Positions 37,201-50,324 are shown, counted from the stretch's first letter. The stretch is DNA of 64,000 bases from Balanoglossus misakiensis (GCA_040954595.2 CM082596.2:9692461-9756460); one strand, 5' to 3'. Translations and numbers: made by a program. Notes: generated by a model from the letters alone, not told the origin.

Positions 37201-38556
37201 ATCGCTAAACATATTAAATTTAGCATTCTTCACATGTGCCCTCTGATGATGAGTGGACTCCGTTGAATGTAGCTCAGTCTTTGGTGGCTTTCTGGCACAA
37301 AACAAGGACTTCCCCATGTGTGCTTTTGCCTGTATGGATCGTACATTTCGAGGACGGCCTCTATTAAGAACTGTTGTTGCTGATTTGATTAATTTCTTTC
37401 CCCTTTGGAGCAGCATGTAATTCGCTAGGGACAGAAAATGTCTCTTCTTAACACGGTGGTGAGAGTAAAGTGTAATATTATGTCTTCGCCCATGTGCTGT
37501 ACTTTTTTCTTCAACAGCTTTTGCGATGAAAAGTTCATCCTCTGTATCTAGAAGGCGAGGTGCACCTCCTCCAAGCTTTCTACGCTTTACCCGATTTTCT
37601 TCCAGCAATGTTTGAGCGATCCGCTTCTTAGATTGCAGGGCTCGTCTCCTACTACTTTTATCTTCTGGAGTTAACAATAATGTTAATTCCCGCTTTCGTT
37701 TTTCTAAGCAATCTCTCTCTGCACATAGATCACTTCTTCTTTTATCAGACAAACTACAACTGTCTAGTCTGGCATCAACATCTTCTATTTGCTGTACTAT
37801 TTTGTTAATCTTTTCCTTCACCCTACGAACAAGGACATCTTGGGCTGCTTCAGTGGCATTTTTGAATTCTTCTGCAGAAACTAACACTTTGGAAAGAAAC
37901 TGTACAGCTCTGTTTGGTTTTACTCCAAGCATATGCATGTCATTTCTTGAGTTTGATGCAAAAAGAACAGCTTTCACAACAGATTTATCATACTCTGTGT
38001 CCATGGTTGCAATGATATCATGCAGGGATTCGATTGTCAAAGGAAATCTTGCAGTATCTTTGCGATCTGTAGCATGTTCTAGTTCTACGAACAAATCAGT
38101 AAAGCTAACAAAACTGTTATTGAGTATGATATATCTACACCCTGCCAGTGTGACAACTGTTACATTGAGTACGTGGTCAGGATGTAGCAGTTGGTCACGG
38201 AATTCATGTTCAGTTGGCTGAGTTTCAAAAAATCCGCAATACAGTCCATAGGCATCTTTGAAGGGTAAATACCCTTTCACCTTTCCATCAAAATCACTTC
38301 TCACCATCAATTGGTGTACAACATACAGCAGGCCTTGGACGATTTTCTGTTTCTCGGGCGCTTTTCTGTGCACGTCCAAGAGTGCCTCGAGCTTCTCCTC
38401 ACATTGTTCCGGTTTACACGTTTGTTGTTATACACGTTCGTACCCGCCATCAACCTTGGACTGCTTCCGCGAGGCACTTCTCCTCTCCGAAAATGTCAAC
38501 TTGACGCGAACTTTCTCGCTTTCTTTAGAAGACGGACCGAGAGCGACATCAGCCAT
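34260..38556 (-). pseudogene. Multi-exon DDE transposase (Sola3-like, tentative)
   Basis: ATG at 38556, premature TAA ~38428; ISMDDKAYLRPGT (exon ending ~37133); TTDAGPG and HRAPGDSGQNEAER (35045-35330). Family assignment is from remembered motifs. Confidence 0.7.
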
Positions 38557-38797
38557 TTTGATTTTGAACAGTAAAAAGGTCACGTGTGTATTTATCGCGG
38601 GAATTTATCTTGCGCTTGGTACATTCACACCAAAGGTGGCATTTTTGCATTAAAATCAGTATTATGTGATTTTTTATCACTGAAATGTAATTTAATTTTC
38701 GTTTTGTGAAATATTTTTTTTAAAATCTTGAGCTTTCGGAAAAGAGGTGAACTTCCCATCATAACATTCTACACACGTGTACCTCCATAGTGTCATC

Positions 38798-40520
38798 ATG
38801 GCAGTGGAAGAGCAGCCAACATCTGATGAGAGCAACATTGCTGATTTCTTGCAAATGTGTGACCTGCACAATTACACGCAATATTTTTTAGACGCCGGTG
38901 TTCAAAAAGCAAAGCATCTAGTTGATGTTGATGACGACGACCTTAAAGATATTGGTAAGTGTGGAATCTCATCTCATCTCAGCTCTGTCTGCAACTTTGA
39001 CCGGAACTTTAATTTTGACACCTACCGTAACGTCTACGATAGCTTTTAGCGTTTAAAACTCAGATGAAATTGTAGCTGGGGTTTAATATAAACAATATTT
39101 CTACCCAGTTTGAAAAATGTTATATACCTCTTAGATCTAGAATATCTGCCGATTAAAAAAATGCATCTATTCTTAGTTGTACATTATTTTTTATGGAAAA
39201 AAGTGCTCTGAATCACAGGTGCAATAGCTAGTGGCAATGCGTAGAGATGACCATTTCTTTCAAATTTATATCCCTGAAAATTGCATCAACAGATATTAGA
39301 AATAAATGCAGGCTGCTTTTATACTTTTATACTCGTTTGATAGACAACAATTAAGAATTAAATTTGGCTTTTCTGTAATAATGCATAAATCAAATATCAT
39401 ATATCATGTATTGGGATATTGACTGATGTTTTGCCTTGTGCATAAAATACCCATGTAAACTTGTATGTAGTCATTTAGCCTTTTATCCGTATTTTTATTG
39501 ATTTCAGGACTGTCTATTGAAATAAAGCGACTCAATAGGTTCAAAAGGAGCATTCTGAAACACCCAATTCCCAGCAAGGAGTCATTTCTCCAACCCAGCC
39601 AATCCAAGTCAGGTGCAGGTGAGAGCAGCAAGCAGAAACCGTGGATGCAACCTAAATATGGTTATATTCCTAATGGTAAAACAAAGCGGACAGTCTTCAT
39701 GAACCGGGTCTTACCAGACTTTTACTCAGCAAATTTTAAGTGGAGCAAAAACACAAGAGACTTCTGCAAGAAGTTTCATGAAGAGGGACGGCGTCAATAC
39801 GAGTTGGAAATGAAATTTGAGCGCTTCCAAAATGATGTGGAGAAAGTGACAAGCACTAACAACCCAGCAGCTTTTGGTGTCGTTCTTGCTTCTGAGATTT
39901 TAAAACCTCATCACAGCAGAATTATAGAACAGAATGAACATAAAGTTGGAGAAATCAAAACATCTCTTCAACAAGAGAAAGAGAAACTTCTTTCTGATAC
40001 CCAGCAATGCTATACAAAAAATGGAAAAATAAAATCTGGCCACGAGTGTGCCGTCCATTTCAACACCAAATGTTTAACTTTAATTGAAGAGTTGAATAAG
40101 CAAATTGAAGAGTTAGAAATAAAGTTGAAGGACAGGAAGCAGAAAGTACATGAAATGTTTTCTTTTCATTACATGAAGCACACAAGTATTAAACGTAAAA
40201 AGAAACCAAATAGGAGGCTAGCTAAGAAACGTAGAGAAAACAGAGATAATGCTGGCAAAAGAAGAGTAGCTAGTATTATTGCCCCATCATGTGACATACA
40301 TAATTCTGTCATCACAGATGACAAAATTCATTTTGAAGGTGTCGGAAGACTATATCTAAGAGATGTGAAATACATAAAATTACTGAAAAGAGAAAGCAAA
40401 ATCACAAATGGTGCATTTGATTTAATCGCAGATTGCTTGTCCCACAAAGACTGGGCCATAAACTTTCACAGTGACAATGACTACAACAGCTGTGATGCTG
40501 ATGATGATAATGATGACAAC

Positions 40521-40555
<35 letters not shown>

Positions 40556-40616
40556 GGGGAGGGTGGATGAGGAAAAGGAAGAGGAGGGGAGTGGTGACCA
40601 TCAAGGGGATGGGTAG
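38798..40616 (+). CDS. SAM-domain protein with coiled coil, basic NLS-like segment and acidic tail (2 exons: 38798-38954, 39508-40616)
   Basis: IADFLQMCDLHNYTQYFLDAGVQKAKHLVDVDDDDLKDIG|GLSIEIKRLNRFKR fits the SAM pattern; the phase-1 GT-AG intron joins in frame. Confidence 0.7.
40495..40556. repeat. (GAT)n microsatellite encoding poly-Asp
   Basis: gatgatgat run. Confidence 0.9.
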
Positions 40617-41519
40617 AATGCATTGTTTTACAGTAGTAGCAGTAACAGTACTTTAATAGCGGTGACAGCATACTAGTATAAATAAACCGAAGTGTCTTAT
40701 TATTGGCTAGGTGGCAGCGTCCGAGTCCATTTTTATTTGGCAGAGATTATTGAGGCATTCTGCATGTTGTCACATTGTAAGAGCAAGATGGGGACACCCC
40801 AGCGCAGTCGTCACAATGACAATATGCAGAAAGCATCAATAATCTCTGCCACATACAAATGGACTCGGACGTCACCTTTTCATAAAAAACTGTATATTTA
40901 TGTATTAAGTTATTTTTGCGAAAAGTACATTTCTTACATAAGTTCTTTTATGATTGTGTTTGTTCTGATTAAAGATTTGTATTCATATATTCATATTTAA
41001 GATCACATACTGGTACATGTGTATGTTTTGTGAGTTGTGTGGTGTATTTTGTAGTACAAGGGATGTCAATATATCCATACATGAGTGCCTATGAGCGCAA
41101 GTCTCTTTCAGTATTTCTCTGTAACACTTCAAATTTTGAAACATTTTCGGTGTCATCCTTGCACAAAAATTAGTGACCCTCCCCTTGACAAGTGCCCAAA
41201 ATGTAGCGGCCCTCCCCCGAACCGTTGCATGAGAAATGGTGACCCTCCCCCCCCCCCCCAATCGCACCGGCCTTCCCCCCTGTTAATTCTGACCAGGCCC
41301 TTAACGGCGAAATACTGAACTTACAAACATAACAGTCCTAGCTTTAATATGAAATATAGTGTGAACACTTGAACAGGCAACCCCTAAATATGAAACTCAG
41401 TTCACTCAACATTTAACACTCAGAGTCACTGTCCGAATCTATAACATAAATCCGTTTTCTTATTGGCTTATATTGCGATGCGTTGTCGCCCATGTTTGAT
41501 CTCAGTGGCTGGTTGATAT

Positions 41520-43356
41520 TTATACTGAAGTGAATGTACCGCCCGTTATCGTTTTACCAGGGCCAAACAGTGAACTTGAATGAACATTACGGGTGTCATC
41601 TGATGACTGTGCAGTTGTTGTGTCCGTTTGCGGGTTAGGCCTAGTTGACGATGGGGCCGATTTCATGTTGCTCATGATGGAGGACATTTTTAGCTGTTGT
41701 TTCTGTGACACTGTGGCGTAGTGAGTGATGCTGTTGACGTTCTTGTGTGCTGTCCGTTGCATGATATGAGTCGAGGGTACATCCACGTTGTTCAGTTCTG
41801 TAACTAGGGTCGTCCGAGCTGAATGGTTCGTTTTCTTACTGCTAAGATTCGCCGCTTGTGCCATAGTTTTCATCAGGCCTCTGAGGGAGTTGATGCCCAG
41901 TCGCTGATTCTTGTACCAGTTGTTCTCGTCAGATGCATTGTATTTGTGATTTACGGCGAGGTAAACTGGACTAACGGCAGCCATCATTGACGTTGGACGC
42001 ATTTCGGTAAACTTCTTAAAAGCTGCAACCGGACACAGTTCTGGGTTTGATTTATTTTCGTACATTCTGGGCTTTATTTTTCTCGTGTTTCGTGGGTTTT
42101 CTCCTTGTCTTGTTATTGTCTGTCTCTCGATGTTGTATTCGATATATTTCACGATATCGCCATCGATGACTTCGGTGCCCTCGACAATATCACCCAGTTC
42201 CATGGTGTAGGCCGAACTGGGTTGTTAGAAACCACCACACGGTATTCTGAAGTGCTGCTGGGCGATGCATACCAAGCTGTCCAGTATTGTAAAGTGCATC
42301 GACGTCGTCGGCAGTTAGTGGCTCGGTTTTATTGGGTGCGTTGCCCTGGCCCATAGCTTTTAGGTTCTTCTTTTAGCAGCGAAGACTCGTCTAGCGCCCT
42401 CGAAAAGAGCATCCGTTTTAATATTCCACTGATATTAATTTTCACGTAATAGTCGGTCGATTGAATTCAGGAAACTGTGCATTGTCGCTGGCTCATATTC
42501 AGTAGCCCGGAGACCAGGGCGTCGATCTAAAATACAACGCCCGGGGACAGTCGAGCAATGTCATGCTGAGCTGAAAGATAGTAGCCCCGGCTACCATCAG
42601 GGTCGCTTAGTAACGAATGGATAACGAGTGATCTATCAAATGTTGACGGGCGCCAGTGGTTGGATGATATAATTAACAAAGCTTGGTTATGAATATTCAT
42701 ACTCCTTCAAAACCACTCCCACATCCCATCGCGGGAATTTCACGCCTCTATTTTCTTATTTAGAATGCGATGATGTCATTTGGTTTACATTGAGTGACCA
42801 ATTAGCTTACATGCAAGATTTACCGCCCGTGTCGTTCTGCGCACAAAATTCTGTGCGTAAATAGAGACTGTCACCGGGCGTTTCTTTTCGACGCCCTGGT
42901 CTCCGGGCTACATATTCAGTTCAATCTCGTTTTCTGGTATTTGCTCAGTAGTTGGTCCAGTTCGTGTGGTGGGATAAGATGGACTTCACGATACTCTGAC
43001 TGGGTCAAATTAAGCCAAGTTTGAAGCTGGTTCATGTCAGTTCGGTGTTTTCTGATTATGTTCTTTGGGATTTGGTGCCTAACGAAATCAACCATTTCTT
43101 CATTTGAAACTTGACAATTTCCGTACCTGTCGTTGATGTCATTGTTGTTGTTACTGCTGCCGTTCGCGTGACTTGGTGTTATTGGCGGCACCGGTGTTGT
43201 TGTCGTTTCGTTTTGACCTTGAGGATTTGGACCATTTGCGTCTTGTTGATAAACGTCCCACCACATACAGGATTTGTTGCCGTGCTGTTTCATTATCTGA
43301 GTAGTAAAACACATTGTTGTCGAGAAGATCGGAGACGAGCTGTTCAAAACGGACAA
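41520..43356 (-). pseudogene. Crypton tyrosine recombinase (DUF3504/CryptonA-like), disrupted
   Basis: EYEPATMHSFLNSIDRLL, GQGNAPNKTEPLT, LQNTVWW..TTQFGL, CPVAAF, WYKNQRLGINSL, KTNHSAR, HKNVNSITHY; interrupted by a MITE, stops and frameshifts. Confidence 0.88.
42503..42910. mobile_element. 408-bp MITE, TAG..CTA ends, 9-bp TSD (AcademH-like)
   Basis: TIR tagcccggagaccagggcgtcga; TSD catattcag at 42494-42502 and 42911-42919. Confidence 0.9.
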
Positions 43357-43890
43357 CTAAACCGCAAAATTCACGCGTCACTACGCATACGCGAACGCCA
43401 CTGCCTGCCATCAGACGTACGCGTATTTTCGTGTAACTAAACCTCTCCATGGAAAAGAATTTGGCTTTACGTCAACGTCTGTTTGTGTGGAACGCGCACT
43501 CTGTATTCGAATTTTGAGCGTGTACATCATTATTCCGCGTCGCTGCACTGCAACTAGGGATTCAACTGTCGGGCGACATTACAAATTGATGACCAAATTT
43601 CACATAAAATGACTAAAAAGAAATAAATGCGTTTTCGTTTGTCATTATGAGATTTCAAGCTAACAAGGCATACACATATTTCGTAGATAATATAAATTTT
43701 TGTTGCCCAAAATGAGAATAACTTTTCACGTTCGCAACTAACGTGAAAACATCTATCTCCATGTAAAAACGCGGTCTTTTATGTGAACGTCAAACTTTAC
43801 ACAAAACTTGATGACGTCATAACAGAAATTCGTGACGTTGCGCGTTCAGGTTCGCGTATAACGTGTAGACGAACCTCTCTATTAGTATTA

Positions 43891-45954
43891 GGCTGCGCAA
43901 ATTCAAAACTATGTTTGACGTCACCCCAAGACCCCAAAACCTATGAGGGGGGGGGGGGGGTGGTCAACAAAACAAACTAATTATATATTCCAAAATATGC
44001 AAATGAGATATTATGAGAAATTGAAAGCAAATATCCATTGAAGAAAACCCTTGTCCTTAAACTTTAAACATATTTTACATCTAAATTATTCCACAGACGT
44101 TTACAGTGTCACGTTCAAAGATACTGAGTAAACAGTAAATTCAATATTAATGCACATACGCATATATCAGTTGAACAATTTTATTGAAAAAAGTTTCAGC
44201 CAAACATTTTGACAGTCACAATTTCCATTTGATGAAGTCCATCAGTTCTGTACAACTTGCTCATGAAAACAGTCAAAACACAACATTTTCTGGCGAAGTG
44301 GAACTGTTGAAAATTTAACAGTTGAAAATTTAACAAATTTAACTCTGATTCTGGCTCACAACACACGTTCCATAGAGAGGATGACTTGGTTTTACTAGTA
44401 CCCCGCCACAGGTATAAAGACCATCATCTAGGAATACCTGAAGTTGCTGTTTTTTTTTGCTGTGAATCAAGCCTCTTTGCAGATAAATACACCTATCAAA
44501 GAGAAATAAAAAACAGAGAAGTCTTAGTTGTATTAATTTTTTAATATACATGTACATATACATAGAAAACACATAACAAGACACTGTTAATGTCTCAGTG
44601 TACGAGGTTCAGTCCCTTTCTCTTCACTTTTTCACAATACACATTATTTACTGCATTGTATGGCTTGCAGTGTGGTAAATTGACAAATGAGAAAGGAATA
44701 TCCAATTTACAATGGATATTAAAATGTCCAATATAGTACTGTATACAATGCTTTACCATACCCGGGCTTTTTGCAATTTATGCAGGGCACCAGTCCACAG
44801 CTCCAACTTTTCACCACTCAGCCTGAAGTTGATGTTTTCTGCATTAAGTACCAGTCCCTTTCTGCTGGGGCAATTAATTTCACGTGTTGGTCTGCCTTGG
44901 ACTTCTGTAAACCTTTCAAAGTGGTCCCCACTTTCATCCGGAACAGGATCTTTTGCAAAGAAAAAAGTATAAATTAAATGGATGTTTACATGACTTTACA
45001 GGTACTACAGCATAAACTGTACTTACTTAGGCCAACACTACAGAAGGCAAAGCTGTAGAGTTATAACAGAATAGTGCCAAGTTCTGTGCTACTAAATGAT
45101 ACAAAAATCAGAGTTTGTAATACTACTCAAACAAAATTTATTTTAGCAAATTTGTTTTCAGTCTAGATGTGGAATGCAACAAATTGGCTCAGACAACTTG
45201 TTCTGGGCTGCAGTATGGTCATACACAACATGTATTCACTGACATACAACAAAATTGTAAATAAAATAATGTTTTACTAACCTTGGATCACATGGACAGC
45301 CTTGAAATCACCTTTCATTCTGACCATGGAGGTACCTCCATAATTCTGACTGGTCTATTAACATCTTTCTGAGTTTGCACTTCGTCAGCGTTGGTATTTT
45401 CGTCTCCTTTTGATTTTACATCAAAAAGAATGTAATACTTGTGGAACCGATCACACGTTTTTGCGATAGACAATCGTGGACACACCTCTATCTTCTCACC
45501 TTCACCACATTTTTCCGACTGTAACAGGTAACAAGACGTTCTGCCATCTTTTGCAATTTTTGTTTTGAACCGATCGTGTTTAGTCTGACTAAGGAGAACT
45601 AGCCCTTTGTACAGCGCAGCGAAGCTGTCATTTGGACTGACTTCGAAGGCATACCAATCTATTGCCACCTTCTTGTTCTGTGTAACTCTGCAACTTATAA
45701 TTTCGCGTACTCTCGTTTTATGAACATCTTTTGCCATCTTTCTCCAATTTTACCCACAGGCGACTTTGAAACCTACAGACGACACGTTCTCGTCATGCAA
45801 CAACCACGGTCGATAGGAGGACACAGTGAGACGAACAGACATATGACATCAATGACCCCGTTTGACCTCATTTGCATATTTGTTTGTATTTGCGAAATTT
45901 CTCGTAAACCTAGGCGCGCGCTGACGTCAAACATAATTTTGAATTTGCCCAGCC
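43891..45954 (-). mobile_element. Internally deleted TIR element with TTA TSD (Sola3-like derivative)
   Basis: 33-bp TIR ggctg(c/g)gcaaattcaaaa(c/t)tatgtttgacgtca; TTA at 43888-43890 and 45955-45957; N-terminal ORF 45315-45737 and Cys-rich C-terminal remnants (RCIY..YTCG, LCFDC). Confidence 0.85.
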
Positions 45955-46291
45955 TTATCATACATGCAACGCCTGTATTTGGCACCTTCTACACACGCGA
46001 TTGTGCAGTACCTTGGACAAAGCTTGGAACAATGTTGCAAAAAGCTTTGTGCTGAAGCTTGCTACAAGAGTTTGCGTGCCGACCATTGCTGAAGGGGTCG
46101 TGTCGTGTGCCAACCTTCGCTGAAGCTTCTTATTACTAGCCTTAGTTGAACCTAAGCTGTACTGACCTTTGAGAAACCTTATAATTCCAATCTTTGGCCA
46201 AGCGTCTTCAAAGCTTGGTGAAAAAAATTCAACAATGCTTTACTAAACAAACCTTTAAACAAGCTTAATTTTTGAAGCTTTTTCGAAGATG

Positions 46292-46441
46292 TTTATTTTA
46301 TTTTCATCCAAATCAAGTCACAACAAACTCTCCTTGTAACTTTTATAATATAGAGATTAAATGAAATTGTAGTGATACACATGAGTATAAAAGTTACAAG
46401 GACAGTTTGTTGTGACTTGATTTGGATGAAAATAAAATAAA
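46292..46441. repeat. 150-bp inverted repeat (56-bp arms), MITE-like
   Basis: Arms 46292-46347 and 46386-46441, one mismatch. Confidence 0.85.
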
Positions 46442-48677
46442 GGTAATCATGTTCAAATAATACACTACAGATTAAGTAGTTTTTTGTCCAGTTGTCAGTA
46501 ACAATTTTTTTCTATTCAGAATTAATTAAAATTGTTCTTACTTACATGAGCGAATAATAATTTAATGTTTTAAAACTGTTGCATTTATTTCAGGAGTGTG
46601 AACATGAAAAAAAATCAAAAGAAGACTGGCGAAGAGAAAGACAGAAGCAAGGTAATTGAAATGGTCTACAATCAATGCAAAGAAAATGCTGTCAGTTTGG
46701 GCCTTGAAATGATCAAAATGGCATTTCTGAATAACATGTGTATTTTATTTTATTTTCAGGACAAAGAGAAAATAAAAGAGTTGGAGGAAGAAATTGAGAG
46801 ACTGAAAAGGGAAATCGGGGGGAGGTTAATACAAGGGAAGAGAGGGTGGAAGCTGTAAGGGAAATTGGGAAATTAGAAAATTTAGAAATTTACAGGCATG
46901 CAGATCTCCTCTGCCAAAACCAAGACAGGTAGTCTGTTCAAAATTTATCAGACATAGATTTACCTAATCTATTGTCATAATGGAATCTTGTCTTGGTTTC
47001 CTTCTTGAGGAGATTTGTATGCCAAATACTGGAATCCAAAATAACACTCAATATCTTGCCCATGCCGTTGAACTTCTTTATACTGCCAGGAATCCTAAGT
47101 TTGTGAGTAGTTTTATTTCTGCAATTCAAGTTATTTTATTTAGTTTGACCAGAAGTCGCCTGGCAGTTGATCTCATGGGCCACGTAACAGCAGGCCCATG
47201 TTATGATGTCATTAACAATATTCTTTTCAAAGGTAATTTTGATTTTCCAGATGCACCTGAGGGGTGACTTGAATTTTCTTTTGATAATGAACAACATCTT
47301 TCTAAAAATTACATTAACAGAAATGGTAATTCAGTTACTTTGGATATTTTACTAACATTATTGCTTCTCAGCTGGACCCAGAATCATCACTGCAATATGA
47401 TTCTGGGTTGAAGCCAAGTCAGTGGCAGAAGGTTTCAGAGACAGATGTTTCCAATACAGAGGGCAGCAAGTATGATGAGTTTGATTCAGTTGTCAAAGAG
47501 TCCATTGCTTCTTATGTTGATGATTTAATTTTATCTTCTGTAGCCACTATCAATGTAGAAAATGCACCACAGACTGACTCTATTGACACATACTTACAAC
47601 AAAAACAACAGACTGACAGCGTCGAGATTTGCCCCAAGTGTGGTTTCACCCACACGAAGGGCAAATCGAGAATTGCTAAGTGTCGACGTTGTGGCATTCG
47701 AAGGGAACCATTTTGCATGAGTGTGTTGGTGAAGTAAAGGTTGCTCACATGGGAAAGTAAACTTCCAGAATTGTTAAAAAGCCCCCAAAACAAGCAAATA
47801 AAGCAAATATTTATGTTATGTCTCCTATTTTTGTAAATCCTAATTGTTTCAAATCAGTGAAAGAAATTCTTAATCACATTGGTAAACTTGCAAAAATCAA
47901 ACAATATTTTAATCATGACGAGGGCAGTGGAGATTATTGTACATATATGGAATGGGTTATAATCAGGTGTGATGGCTTGTCATATGTAATTATTCGGAAA
48001 ATTTTATCAGAAGATCATGAGGGAATATTTTCATGGGTTGTTTTAAGGACGGGCCTTTTACATGAAGAAATCAATGCAGTCAAATCATACACGGGTTTCA
48101 TAAGTCTGGCGCCCTCTTGTGGCTATCATGAATTTGACCTCAAAGCGAGGCCACTGGGTGTACGCCCCTGATGAGTTGATGACAGCTCGTAAACACAGGC
48201 TCAGCGGTTTGTTGTTCAAGGTAAGAATTTCTCGAATTCGCAGCTGTATTTTTGTTTTCAGTCATATTTTAAGCACCTTCTTGTTTAGCTTCTGAGATAT
48301 TATAGCAAAAAAAGTGTGAATTTCTTTCAATTTTTGCGATCTCAAAATTTTTTTTTGGAGTGACCGAAAAAGAGCACGCGATACGGTTACTTGGGTTTTA
48401 GTGTAACTGTTACTTCGATCGACTCAGCGGAAAAAAAAATAAAAGTCGATATACAGTAAATAAAACTATAATTTGTGGTACTATTTAGTCTCAAGGTGGC
48501 ATTATGCCATAATGTGATATTGTGGTGTGCATTTTCAGTACTGAATAAAAGTTTCGAAGGGACTGTGAATATAAAACTGTCCGATTGTACACTAGTACTA
48601 AAAAGGTGACCGTGATCTCTATGATAATTTTTGATAACTGCTCATGTTCAATGGAATGAATGTTTTTTTTTTCAGTC

Positions 48678-50324
48678 ATGGTTCATAACTGTTGTGTACC
48701 GTTCTGTACAAGAGCTGGGTACAGAGGAGAGAATGGGGAGAAAATTTCCTTTTTTTCTTTTCCAAACGATAAAATGCGAAGAAAACAATGGATAACACAA
48801 ATCAAGAGGGATGAAGGAAAATTTTTCAAAATAACACATCACACAAAGGTTTGCTCAAGGCATTTCACAGATGAGGACATATCAAGAACCCTTGCCAATA
48901 AATATTTTCTCAAACCGAATGCTGTACCATCACAGTTCAAATGGACATCCACAAAACATGCACGAAAGTTACCAACACCAAGAACAGCACCACAGAAAAA
49001 TACTTTGATGGAGGTAAATGAAAATCACAGCATGCATCCAAGTGGTAAATTGTCTACTGTAAGTGATTCCGCCACAGGAGACCTTCACGAGAGATGTCAG
49101 CTGGGAAGCACTGAAGTACTTCATCAACAGACACTTGGGTGTCATGAAGTTGACCAATCACATCTGGGCATCTCATCTGGAAATCATAGGAATGAACAGC
49201 AACTCCTTGAAAAAATTGAAAGACTTACTTTTGAAAACCAGAGACTTATTAACAAAATTGCTGATGTAGAGTTTTCAAATGCAAAAACCATTGAAATGCT
49301 TAAAGAAAAAGTAAAACTATTGAGGGAGGATTTAATTAAAAAGGATTTAGAAATAAAGAATTTGAAAAGTAATCAATTCAACATTGAAAATATGAAAGAG
49401 AGTGATGAGGTAATTTCATTTTATACAGGATTTCCAAATTTTCTGGCGTTAATGGATGTCTTTGAATTTATTGACCCTGGTAAAGTGGGAGAAAATATTA
49501 ACTACTGGAATTCAACAAATAAATTACATGATACTGATAAAAGCCAAGCAGACAAGAAAATGGGTCGCCCTCGGACACTACGGCCAATTGATGAATTTCT
49601 TCTTACTTTGTGTCGTTTAAGGCAGGGTTTCTTTGAGCGTCACCTGGCATTTCTGTTTAACATTTCAATGTCAACTGTAAGCAGAATATTTATAACTTGG
49701 ATAAATTACCTTTACTTGAAACTGGGTCACCTTAATATTTGGCAAGACAAAGCCAGTATCATAAGAAACATGCCTGCATCATTTACAGTGAAGTACCCAA
49801 GTACCCGCATCATAATTGATTGTTCAGAAATTAGGGTGGAAATGCCCAGTTCATTGATTTTACATTCACAATTATTGTCTAATTACAAAAACCATGTAAC
49901 ACTTAAGGGGCTAATAGGCATAGCTCCAAGTGGAGCTGTAACATTTGTCAGCAGTTTATATACTGGCTCCATATCTGACAGAGAAATTGAATGTAGATCA
50001 GGGTTATTGGATATGCCATTTGACCACGGTGACTCTGTAATGGCAGACAAGGGATTCACCATAGCTGACCTCTTGAGGCCTAAAGGTGTGTCTCTGAATA
50101 TTCCACCATTTCTAGAGAAACGTGACCAAATGAGTGCAGAAGATGTTATAGAAACACTAAAAATTGCTGCTGAGCGCATACATGTAGAAAGGGCAATTAA
50201 TAAAGTTAAGAATTTTCATATCTGGGACAGAGTTGTCCCTATATCACTTTTTAATATTGTAAATGAAATGTGGACTGTAAGTGCACTATTGTGTAATGTA
50301 CAGAATCCTATAATAAGTGCATGA
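48678..50324 (+). CDS. THAP-domain Harbinger/IS5-like DDE transposase
   Basis: CCVPFC..FFSFP..W..VCSRHF..AVP (THAP); FYTGFPN; IIDCSE, GSISD, MADKGF, RIHVERAINKVK; uninterrupted ORF. Confidence 0.93.
   Translation: MVHNCCVPFCTRAGYRGENGEKISFFSFPNDKMRRKQWITQIKRDEGKFFKITHHTKVCSRHFTDEDISRTLANKYFLKPNAVPSQFKWTSTKHARKLPTPRTAPQKNTLMEVNENHSMHPSGKLSTVSDSATGDLHERCQLGSTEVLHQQTLGCHEVDQSHLGISSGNHRNEQQLLEKIERLTFENQRLINKIADVEFSNAKTIEMLKEKVKLLREDLIKKDLEIKNLKSNQFNIENMKESDEVISFYTGFPNFLALMDVFEFIDPGKVGENINYWNSTNKLHDTDKSQADKKMGRPRTLRPIDEFLLTLCRLRQGFFERHLAFLFNISMSTVSRIFITWINYLYLKLGHLNIWQDKASIIRNMPASFTVKYPSTRIIIDCSEIRVEMPSSLILHSQLLSNYKNHVTLKGLIGIAPSGAVTFVSSLYTGSISDREIECRSGLLDMPFDHGDSVMADKGFTIADLLRPKGVSLNIPPFLEKRDQMSAEDVIETLKIAAERIHVERAINKVKNFHIWDRVVPISLFNIVNEMWTVSALLCNVQNPIISA

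Larger units (their letters stand above)
34009..41300. mobile_element. TIR DNA transposon (Sola3-like transposase), TTA TSD, two divergent genes
   Basis: TIR gggcctggtcagaattaacagggggg at both ends; TTA at 34006-34008 and 41301-41303; subterminal tgaccctcccc motifs. Confidence 0.88.
33329..45967 (-). mobile_element. Crypton (tyrosine-recombinase DNA transposon) with nested insertions; boundaries inferred
   Basis: Direct 13-mer TTATCATACATGC at 33329-33341 and 45955-45967 brackets the YR gene; ~2.86 kb remains after removing three nested elements. Confidence 0.55.

Noticed and set aside
40402-40671. Poly-His, poly-Ile and poly-Met ORFs
   Set aside because: Alternative frames of the (GAT)n tract.
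41520-42203. Host ZMYM/QRICH1/KCTD1-like gene
   Set aside because: Intronless, disrupted, retains YR catalytic-region motifs and lies among TEs; better explained as a Crypton.
44095-44110. Right end (ttacagtg) of the CACTA element
   Set aside because: The match is only ~9 bp, lacks the subterminal motifs and lies inside another element.
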